From an uncultured Acidobacteriota bacterium (GTDB lineage Bacteria; Acidobacteriota; Vicinamibacteria; Fen-336): a stretch of 64,000 nucleotides of DNA. The translations under genes and the position numbers were made by a program. Below, in pieces: positions 49,797-57,669 of this stretch. Under the pieces are notes generated by a model. That model searched no databases. It was not told the DNA's origin and was given only the letters and a program-made list of their open reading frames with translations. Location of the stretch: the NCBI GenBank assembly GCA_964561785.1, contig CAZLRF010000029.1, positions 1 to 64,000 of the forward strand, in the 5' to 3' direction. Numbering within the stretch: position 1 is the first letter of the stretch; each line of letters begins with the position of its first letter.

Positions 49797-49826
49797 TTGA
49801 CACCCCGAAAGAGCCGTCGCTATGAT
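49797..49826 (+). promoter_or_regulatory. Sigma70-type promoter of the gld-like ABC operon
   Basis: TTGACA (49797-49802), 18-nt spacer, TATGAT (49821-49826); the -10 overlaps a minus-strand TATCAT for the kinase. Confidence 0.65.
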
Positions 49827-49945
49827 ACTTGGACCGGTCTCGGGACGAGGCGATTGCGCAGCGTCCCGCGGGGCGAGCGCCCTCGACGGCCTCCCGTGCC
49901 CCACCGGACTCCGGCCCGCGGGCCAGAACACGGAGAAGCGATCGG

Positions 49946-50905
49946 ATGATCGAGGTCGACAACCTCACCAAGAGGTACGGCCGCGCGACGGCGGTGGACG
50001 GGGTCTCGTTCCGGGTCGAGCGTGGCGAGATCCTCGGCTTCCTGGGCCCGAACGGGGCGGGGAAGACGACGACCATGCGCATCCTCACCTGCTACCTGCC
50101 CCCGACGGAGGGCACGGCGCGGGTGGCGGGCCACGACGTCTTCGCGCAGCCCATGGAGGTCAAGAAGCGGGTCGGCTACCTGCCCGAGACGCCCCCGCTC
50201 TACCCCGACATGAGCGTGCGGGACTACCTGGAGTTCTGCGCGCGCATCAAGGGTGTCCCGGGGAGCGAGCGGCGGACGCGCGTCGCCGACGCGATCGAGA
50301 AGTGCCGGGTGGGTGACGTGCAGGGCAAGCTGATCGCCAAGCTCTCGAAGGGCTACCGCCAGCGGGTGGGCCTCGCCCAGGCGATCCTCCACAACCCCGA
50401 CGTCCTCATCCTCGACGAGCCCACCGCGGGGCTCGACCCCAAGCAGATCATCGAGACCCGCGAGCTCATCCGCTCGCTCGCCGGCAGCCACACCGTCGTC
50501 CTCTCCACCCACATCCTGCCCGAGGTCTCGATGACCTGCGGGCGGGTCGTGATCATCAACAAGGGCCGGGTGGTGGCGGAGGACACCCCGGAGAACCTGA
50601 CCCGCCGCCTCAAGGGCGCGGGCACCATCCGCGTCGAGGCCCGGGGCGACGCCGCCGCCGTCCTCGAGGCGCTGAAGGCGGTCCCCGGCGTCCTCGCCGC
50701 GCACCCGCGCGGCGGCCACGACGGCGCGGTCGTCGTGGACGTGGAGGCCGAGGCGGGCCGGGACGTGCGGGCCGAGATCGCCTGGGCGGTGGTCACGAGG
50801 GGCCACGGCCTTCTCGGCCTGCAGCAGATGGGCATGAGCCTGGAGGAGATCTTCCTCCACCTCACCACCACCGACGCCGCCGCCGAGCCGGCGAGCGCCG
50901 CCTGA
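49946..50905 (+). CDS. ABC transporter ATP-binding protein (GldA-like)
   Basis: GPNGAGKT, LSKGYRQR, ILDEP, STH. Confidence 0.92.
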   Translation: MIEVDNLTKRYGRATAVDGVSFRVERGEILGFLGPNGAGKTTTMRILTCYLPPTEGTARVAGHDVFAQPMEVKKRVGYLPETPPLYPDMSVRDYLEFCARIKGVPGSERRTRVADAIEKCRVGDVQGKLIAKLSKGYRQRVGLAQAILHNPDVLILDEPTAGLDPKQIIETRELIRSLAGSHTVVLSTHILPEVSMTCGRVVIINKGRVVAEDTPENLTRRLKGAGTIRVEARGDAAAVLEALKAVPGVLAAHPRGGHDGAVVVDVEAEAGRDVRAEIAWAVVTRGHGLLGLQQMGMSLEEIFLHLTTTDAAAEPASAA

Positions 50906-50925
50906 GGCGAAGGAGAGACAGGAAC

Positions 50926-51720
50926 GTGACCGCGCTTCGCAACGTCGCCGCGATCGTCGGCAAGGAGTGGCGCCACTACTTCGGCAGCCCCATCGCCTGG
51001 GTGGCGCTGTTCGTGTGGACGATGCTCTTCGGCATCTTCTTCTACTTCGCCCTCTCCTACTTCCTCGAGGCGTCCATGCGCGTGGCGCAGCAGGGGATGG
51101 AGTTCGGGGGGGGGATGAAGCTGTCCCTCAACGAGGTCATGATCCGGCCGCTCTTCCACAACATGGCGGTCGTGGCCCTCTTCATCGCCCCGATGCTGAC
51201 CATGAGGCTCTTCGCCGAGGAGAAGCGGCAGGGCACGATCGAGCTGCTCGCGACCTCCCCGGTGAGCGACCTGCAGGTGGTCCTCGGGAAGTTCCTCGCC
51301 GCGGCCGCGCTGTACGCCCTCATGATCCTCGCCGGGCTCGTCAACGTGGCCCTCATGTGGGCGTACGCCTCGAGCCCGCCGGAGTGGAAGCCGATCCTCA
51401 CCGGGGCGCTCGGCCTCTTCCTCCTCGGCTCGTGCTTCCTCGCCATGGGCACCTTCGTCTCGACGCTCACGAGGAACCAGATCGTGGCCGGGATCCTCTC
51501 CTTCTGCCTCTTCCTCGGGATGTGGACGCTCGGCTGGGCGGAGGACCCCATGGGCGGGACGGTCTCGAAGGTGGTCGCCTACCTCGGGGTCACCACCCAC
51601 CTCGAGGACCTCGTGAAGGGCGTGGTGGACCTCAAGGACGTGGTCTTCTACCTCAGCGTGATCACCTTCGGCCTCTTCCTGGCCCACCAGTCGGTCGAGA
51701 GCCAGCGGTGGAGGGCGTGA
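50926..51720 (+). CDS. ABC-2 type permease (GldF-like)
   Basis: YFGSPIAW, TMRLFAEEKRQGTIELL, TRNQIVA. Confidence 0.88.
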   Translation: MTALRNVAAIVGKEWRHYFGSPIAWVALFVWTMLFGIFFYFALSYFLEASMRVAQQGMEFGGGMKLSLNEVMIRPLFHNMAVVALFIAPMLTMRLFAEEKRQGTIELLATSPVSDLQVVLGKFLAAAALYALMILAGLVNVALMWAYASSPPEWKPILTGALGLFLLGSCFLAMGTFVSTLTRNQIVAGILSFCLFLGMWTLGWAEDPMGGTVSKVVAYLGVTTHLEDLVKGVVDLKDVVFYLSVITFGLFLAHQSVESQRWRA

Positions 51721-51725
51721 GAGCC

Positions 51726-53315
51726 ATGAAGAGACTCGTCGACCTCCTCTCCCCGCTCGGCTTCCTCGTCGCGATCGCCGCCCTCGCCTGGACGCGCTTC
51801 ACCCCCATGGGCAAGCCCCTGCCGGGCGGCCTGCGGCCCTGGCTCGTCGGCGCGCTCGCCCTCGTGCTCCTGCACGTCGTCCTGCGCTGGGAGGACGTGG
51901 TCCGCGGGCTCGGCCGCCGCCAGCTCAAGTACGGGACGAACACCTTCGTGCTCGTCGTCGCGGTCCTCGGCATCCTCGGCTTCGCGAACTACTTCACGAG
52001 CCGCTGGACGAAGCGCTTCGACCTCACCAAGGGCCAGCGCTACAGCCTCTCCGACCAGACCCGCAAGGTGCTCGCCTCTCTCCCGGAGGAGGTCAAGATC
52101 ACCTACTTCCAGCGCCAGCGCGACATGGCGCGCGGGCAGGACCGCCTCAAGGAGTACCAGGCGCTGTCCCCGAAGCTCAGGGTCGAGTTCGTGGACCCCG
52201 TCCAGAGCCCGGCCAAGGCGCGGGCCTACGACGTGCGCTCCCCCTGGCCCGTGCTCGTGGTCGAGCGGGGCGACAAGCGCGAGAGGCTCTCGAACGACGG
52301 CGAGCAGGAGATCACGAACGCGCTCATCAAGGTCACGCGAGAGGGGCGAAAGACGGTGTGCCTCCTCGAGGGCCAGGGCGAGAGGAGCGGCGAGGAGACG
52401 GGAGAGCGCGGCTTCTCGGGCGTCAAGAGCGCCCTCACCAAGAGCCTCTACGACGTGAAGAACGTCCTCCTCCTGCGCGAGAAGACCGTCCCCGGCGACT
52501 GCACGGTGCTCCTCGTCGGCGGCCCGGAGAAGGACCTGCTTCCCGAGACGACGGGGGCGATCCGCGACTTCGTGAAGAAGGGCGGCAAGGCCTTCGTGAT
52601 GGTCGAGCCCGAGCTCAAGGAGCCCTACCCGAACCTCGTCGCACTGCTCAAGGACTGGAACATCGAGGCCGGCAGCGACATCGTGGTGGACGTGTCGGGG
52701 ATGGGCCAGCTCTTCGGCATCTCGGAGCTCGCCCCGATGGCCATGGACTACCCGTGGCACCCGATCACGAAGGACTTCCGCCTGCCCACGGTGTTCGGCG
52801 GGGCGCGCAGCGTCCAGGCGGGCCAGGGGACGGTCGAGGGCGTCTCCGCACAGGACCTCGTGAAGACCTCGGCCCAGTCGTGGGCGGAGACGGACCTCGC
52901 GATGAAGGGTCCCATCAAGTTCGACGAGGGCAAGGACCGGATGGGGCCGATCTCCCTCGCCGCGGTGGCGACCGTGAAGGGCCCCGCCCCCGCGCCGACG
53001 CCCACCCCGTCTCCCGCGCCGTCTCCCGCGCCCGAGGAGCCGAAGGCCCCCGAGGGCCGCGTCGTCGCGGTGGGCGACGCCGACTTCGCCTCGAACGCGC
53101 TCCTCGGCTTCCAGGGCAACCAGGACTTCTTCCTCAACGCGGTGGCGTGGCTCGCGGAGGACGCCGACCTCATCTCGATCCGCCCGAAGGAGCCGGAGAA
53201 CCAGGCGCTCTTCCTGAGCCGCCAGGTCCAGCAGAACGTGGCGTGGTTCGCGCTCGTGATCCTGCCCGGCCTCTTCGTGGTCCTCGGCGTGGCGAGCTGG
53301 TGGCGGAGGCGGTAG
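51726..53315 (+). CDS. GldG-like ABC auxiliary protein
   Basis: RFDLTKGQRYSLS, GQGE, VGGPEKDL, GRVVAVGDADF, NQDFFLNAVAWL. Confidence 0.85.
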   Translation: MKRLVDLLSPLGFLVAIAALAWTRFTPMGKPLPGGLRPWLVGALALVLLHVVLRWEDVVRGLGRRQLKYGTNTFVLVVAVLGILGFANYFTSRWTKRFDLTKGQRYSLSDQTRKVLASLPEEVKITYFQRQRDMARGQDRLKEYQALSPKLRVEFVDPVQSPAKARAYDVRSPWPVLVVERGDKRERLSNDGEQEITNALIKVTREGRKTVCLLEGQGERSGEETGERGFSGVKSALTKSLYDVKNVLLLREKTVPGDCTVLLVGGPEKDLLPETTGAIRDFVKKGGKAFVMVEPELKEPYPNLVALLKDWNIEAGSDIVVDVSGMGQLFGISELAPMAMDYPWHPITKDFRLPTVFGGARSVQAGQGTVEGVSAQDLVKTSAQSWAETDLAMKGPIKFDEGKDRMGPISLAAVATVKGPAPAPTPTPSPAPSPAPEEPKAPEGRVVAVGDADFASNALLGFQGNQDFFLNAVAWLAEDADLISIRPKEPENQALFLSRQVQQNVAWFALVILPGLFVVLGVASWWRRR

Positions 53316-53319
53316 GCCG

Positions 53320-54738
53320 ATGAAGGAGTTCTGGAAGACCGGGGCCGCGATCCTCGTCCTCGGCGGGCTCGTCTCGTTCTGGTGGTTCTTCGAGCGCAAG
53401 CGCGAGCCGAAGCCGGAGGGCGAGCGCGAGAAGGTGACGGTGCTCGCCGTCGACAAGGCGAAGGCGAGGGAGATCTCGCTCGCCCCGGCCGGACAAGAGC
53501 CGGTCCGCCTCGTGAAGGACGGCGACGCCTGGAGGGTCGCCGCCCCGTTCGCCGCTCCCGCCGACGGCTCGGCCGTGGAGTCGCTGCTCACGAGCCTCGA
53601 GCGTCTCGAGGCCGACGAGGTGGTGGTCGAGCAGGCGGCCGACCCCGCCGAGTTCGGGCTCGACCGGCCGAGCCGCACCGTGAGCGCGACGGTCGAGGGC
53701 GCGGCCGCGCCCCTCGTCGTCGAGTTCGGCGCCAGGTCCCCCGACGGGTCGAGCGTCTACGCCCGCTCCGCCGGGTCTCCGAGGGTCTTCCTCGTGCCGA
53801 GCTGGGTCGAGGGCACCTTCGACAAGAAGCCGTTCGACCTGCGCGACCGGGACATCCTCAAGGTCAAGCGCGACGACGTGCGCTCGCTCGAGGTCACCGG
53901 CCCCGAAGGCGGCTATGCCCTCGCCCGCACCGACGAGGGGGAGTGGGCGTTCACGAAGCCGCTCGCCACCCGCGCCGGCCGCTGGTCGGTGGACGGCCTC
54001 CTCGGCACCATCGAGAACCTGCGCATGGAGTCGGTGGCGGCGGAGGCGCCTGCGGACGTGAAGGCGTACGGCCTCGACACGCCGGCCCGCACGGTGAGCC
54101 TCGTGCTCAAGGACGGCTCCACGCGCGCGCTCGAGATCGGCGCGGCGGCCCCTGACCCCACCGCGACGCCTTCGCCGTCGCCCTCTCCGGCGAAGAAGGG
54201 CGAGAAGCCGGAGCCGCCGAAGCCGACGAAGTACTACGCGCGGCAGGCGGGCCGCGGCCTCGTGGCCGTCGTCCCGGCCACCCTCGCCGACGACCTCGCC
54301 AAGGGCATGGGCGAGCTGCGGGCGAAGCGCCTCCTCGAGGTCGCCACGTACGAGACCGAGGGCTTCGAGGTCGTCGCGGGAGGGGTGAAGAAGACCTACG
54401 CCAAGAGCACGACCAAGGACAAGGACGGCTTCGACAAGACCCAGTGGAAGCGCACCGCCCCCGACGCCAAGGAGCTCGAGACCACGAAGGTCGAGGACGC
54501 CCTGTTCAAGATGGGCGGGGTCGAGGTCTCCGAGTTCGTGGACGCGCCGCAGGCGAGCTCGGCCTACGGCCTCGACGCGCCCGTTCTCAAGGTCACGGTG
54601 AAGGCCAAGAGCGAGAGCGTCGTCGAGCTCGGGAAGAAGGACGGGGCCTTTTACGCCCGCCGCAGCAACGACGCGGCGGTCCTCAAGCTCGACCCGGCGA
54701 AGGCCGAGGAGCTCGTGAAGGCGTTCTCCGAGCTGTAG
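53320..54738 (+). CDS. DUF4340 domain protein
   Basis: N-terminal TM and repeated W...P...AD...V..LL..L...FGLD.P modules; typical partner of gldAFG-like operons. Confidence 0.78.
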   Translation: MKEFWKTGAAILVLGGLVSFWWFFERKREPKPEGEREKVTVLAVDKAKAREISLAPAGQEPVRLVKDGDAWRVAAPFAAPADGSAVESLLTSLERLEADEVVVEQAADPAEFGLDRPSRTVSATVEGAAAPLVVEFGARSPDGSSVYARSAGSPRVFLVPSWVEGTFDKKPFDLRDRDILKVKRDDVRSLEVTGPEGGYALARTDEGEWAFTKPLATRAGRWSVDGLLGTIENLRMESVAAEAPADVKAYGLDTPARTVSLVLKDGSTRALEIGAAAPDPTATPSPSPSPAKKGEKPEPPKPTKYYARQAGRGLVAVVPATLADDLAKGMGELRAKRLLEVATYETEGFEVVAGGVKKTYAKSTTKDKDGFDKTQWKRTAPDAKELETTKVEDALFKMGGVEVSEFVDAPQASSAYGLDAPVLKVTVKAKSESVVELGKKDGAFYARRSNDAAVLKLDPAKAEELVKAFSEL

Positions 54739-54759
54739 GCGACGGCCATCCCGGGGGGG

Positions 54760-55401
54760 TCAGGGGGTGGGAGCGGCCACCGGGGCCTCGGCCTTCAACT
54801 CTCGGGCCTTCTTGATCACGACCCCGACCTGGGGAACGTTCTCGTGCGGCCCGCGGCTCGTGGTGGGGACCATCGCGATCCGGTCCACCACGTCCATGCC
54901 CTCGACGACCCGGCCGAAGACGGCGTAGCCCGCCCCGGAGATCCCGAAGTCGAGGCGGTGGTTGTCCCGCAGGTTGACGAAGAACTGGCTGGTCGCGCTG
55001 TGGGGGTCGTTCGTGCGGGCCATGGCCACCGCGCCCCGGGAGTTGCGCAGGCCGTTGCGCGCCTCGTTGCGGATGGCGGGCCGCGTCGGCTTCTCCTCGA
55101 GCTCGGGCGTGAAGCCGCCGCCCTGGATCATGAAGCCGGGGATGACGCGGTGGAACACCGTGCCGTCGTAGTGCCCGGAGCGCACGTAGCCGAGGAAGTT
55201 CTCGACGGTGACCGGCGCCTTCTCCGGGTCGAGGGCGATCGTGATCGTGCCCAGGCTCGTCCGGCCCTGGGCCACCTCGAGGGCGACGAGCGGCCCGGAG
55301 GGAGCCGTCTCCGGGGCGGTCTCGGAGGCTGTCGGGGCCGACGGGGCCGCGGGGGCGGCGGCGGCCTGGGCGAGGGCGAGGACGCAGGCGAGAAGGGACA
55401 T
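54760..55401 (-). CDS. Cyclophilin-type peptidyl-prolyl cis-trans isomerase
   Basis: [44 protein letters not shown]; signal peptide. Confidence 0.95.
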   Translation of the reverse strand: MSLLACVLALAQAAAAPAAPSAPTASETAPETAPSGPLVALEVAQGRTSLGTITIALDPEKAPVTVENFLGYVRSGHYDGTVFHRVIPGFMIQGGGFTPELEEKPTRPAIRNEARNGLRNSRGAVAMARTNDPHSATSQFFVNLRDNHRLDFGISGAGYAVFGRVVEGMDVVDRIAMVPTTSRGPHENVPQVGVVIKKARELKAEAPVAAPTP

Positions 55402-55487
55402 GGGGACGGGTCTCCGGCCCGATTCTAGCAGGTGGGATCAGGGGCGTTGCGCGAGCGGGGAGGGGGCCATAGAATGCCCGCAACCGC

Positions 55488-56717
55488 ATGGTGCTCTTCA
55501 ACTACTCGACCAAGGAGCTGACGGCCAAGGTGGTCTACTACGGCCCGGGCCTGTGCGGGAAGACCACCAACCTCCAGTGGGTCCACGAGAAGCTGCCCAT
55601 CAAGAACAAGGGCAAGATGCTCTCGCTGGCCACCGAGACGGACCGGACCCTGTTCTTCGACTTCCTGCCGATCGAGATCGGCACCATCCGGGGGATGAAG
55701 ACGCGGATCCAGCTCTACACCGTCCCCGGCCAGGTCTTCTACAACGCCACCCGCCGGATGGTGCTGAAGGGCGCCGACGCCGTCTGCTTCGTCTGCGACT
55801 CGCAGGAGGCGATGCTCGACGCCAACCTCGAGAGCTTCGAGAACATGCGGCAGAACCTGGAAGCGAACGAGATCGACCCGGACGAGATCCCGGTCGTGCT
55901 CCAGTACAACAAGCGCGACCTGCCGAACGCGCTGCCGATCGAGATCCTCAACGAGCGGATGAACCCCCGCAACTACCCCTTCTACGAGGCGATCGCGGTC
56001 AAGGGGATCGGGGTCGAGGACACGCTCAAGGCCGTCACGAAGCTGGTCTTCAAGTCGCTCTCGGTGAAGTACGGCGAGGGTGCCCCCGCCGCCTCTGCGC
56101 CGGGCCGGGCCCCCGGGCCCCCGCGGTCGATGCCCGCGCCCTCCTCGCTCACCCCGGCTCCCCCCGTGCCGCTGACCACGGAGGACCTCCTCGGCGAGCT
56201 CGACCTCGGGGGGCCGGAGCCCCCCGCCTCCGTCCCCGAGATGCCCTCGATCGAGCTCGACGAGAACACGCCGGTCGGGTCCACCTTCGCCCCCTCCGTG
56301 CCGGCCGTCTCGCGCCCCCCGACGCCCCGGCCCGCCCCGGTCCCGACGCCGGTGCCCGCCCCGGTCCCGACGCCCGCGTTCGAGCCCACGCGCCCCCCGG
56401 TCGCGAAGCACCGTCCGCAGAACACGCTCGTGTCGAACCGGGACGAGTCCGACGAGCTGCGGCGGCACATCCGCACCCCCGGGATTCCCGCGGTCGAGGA
56501 GGAGATGGAGCTCGAGGCGATCGACGAGCTCGACCACCCCACGCAGGCGAAGATCGTCCCCGGAGCTCGCCAGGACACGAGGGCCCCGGAGCCCGTCTTC
56601 GAGCCCGAGGCGCCCTCCGCCACCGAGGTCGAGGTGCCGATCGACATCGAGGTGGCGCCCGGCACGACGCGCATCAGCCTCAACATCAAGCTGATGCTGA
56701 GCCTGCGGCGGCGATAG
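55488..56717 (+). CDS. MglA-like small GTPase with long Pro-rich C-terminal extension
   Basis: YYGPGLCGKTTN, DRTLFFDF, TVPGQ, YNKRD, EAIA. Confidence 0.88.
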   Translation: MVLFNYSTKELTAKVVYYGPGLCGKTTNLQWVHEKLPIKNKGKMLSLATETDRTLFFDFLPIEIGTIRGMKTRIQLYTVPGQVFYNATRRMVLKGADAVCFVCDSQEAMLDANLESFENMRQNLEANEIDPDEIPVVLQYNKRDLPNALPIEILNERMNPRNYPFYEAIAVKGIGVEDTLKAVTKLVFKSLSVKYGEGAPAASAPGRAPGPPRSMPAPSSLTPAPPVPLTTEDLLGELDLGGPEPPASVPEMPSIELDENTPVGSTFAPSVPAVSRPPTPRPAPVPTPVPAPVPTPAFEPTRPPVAKHRPQNTLVSNRDESDELRRHIRTPGIPAVEEEMELEAIDELDHPTQAKIVPGARQDTRAPEPVFEPEAPSATEVEVPIDIEVAPGTTRISLNIKLMLSLRRR

Positions 56718-56730
56718 GCCCCGCTTCCGG

Positions 56731-57639
56731 CTACTCCGCCGGCGCCGCGAACGTCGAGGCCCGCTGCACGTCCTCGTAGCGGACCTTCGACACGTCGAAG
56801 CCCTCGATCGCCGCGAGGAGCCTCGCGAACGTCTGGTCGAAGGACGGCACGGTCTTGCGGGCGCGGGTGAGCGGGCTCGTGCGGGCCAGCACGTAGTTCT
56901 TCACGTACGGGTGGTGGATGCCCCGCTTCTTCAGGGCGGCGACCGCCTTCGCGAGCGCGTCGTCCGCGGCCCTCACCTTCGCCGCGCGCTCCTGCCGCTC
57001 CCCGAGCGAGTCGGCGAGCCTCCCCTTCAGGAAGCGGTCGACGCGCCTCAGGATCGGGGCGAACGCGCCCCCCGCGAAGCGCTTGTTCTCCTCGTAGAGG
57101 AGCCCCAGGGTGACGAAGTGGGGGGCCTCGAACTGGAACGCCCAGTCCTCCTCGCTCGTCCGCGGCTGCTCCTCGGCGAGGCCGCGGTACATGCGGACGA
57201 CCTCGAGGGACTTCTCCTTGAGGTTGTGGGCCTTTTCGGTGTTGAGGGCGAGGATCTGGAAGGCCACGTCCGCCTCGGGGACGAGGATGGCGGGAACGAG
57301 CTTCGCCTTGAGCTTCTCGAGCGCGGTTCGCCGGTGGTGGCCGTTCGGCGTCCAGTAGACGCCCGGCCGCGGCGACACCACGACGATCGGGTCGACGAAG
57401 CGGCCGACCTTCCTCACCACCTCGGTGAGCCGCTTCGCGTGGGCGGGGGAGAGGTCGCGCTGGTAGGGCGTGGGCGCGACCGCCTCGAGGGGCAGGAGGC
57501 AGAAGGCCTGCCAGTTCCCGCCCACCGGCTCGCGGTAGACGGCGAGGACGTGGCCGCCGTCACGGTCCACCTGCTCGAGGAGAGGGGCGAGGGCCCGGGG
57601 GAGCGGCTCGCCGTCGGGGTGCTGGCCGGGAGGCTTCAT
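56731..57639 (-). CDS. ParB/Srx N-terminal domain protein (non-canonical)
   Basis: PTPYQRDL, DPIVV, PNGHHR (GxxR box); no adjacent parA. Confidence 0.75.
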   Translation of the reverse strand: MKPPGQHPDGEPLPRALAPLLEQVDRDGGHVLAVYREPVGGNWQAFCLLPLEAVAPTPYQRDLSPAHAKRLTEVVRKVGRFVDPIVVVSPRPGVYWTPNGHHRRTALEKLKAKLVPAILVPEADVAFQILALNTEKAHNLKEKSLEVVRMYRGLAEEQPRTSEEDWAFQFEAPHFVTLGLLYEENKRFAGGAFAPILRRVDRFLKGRLADSLGERQERAAKVRAADDALAKAVAALKKRGIHHPYVKNYVLARTSPLTRARKTVPSFDQTFARLLAAIEGFDVSKVRYEDVQRASTFAAPAE

Positions 57640-57669
57640 GCCGCGGAGGCTACTACAATCGTTCTCCTG

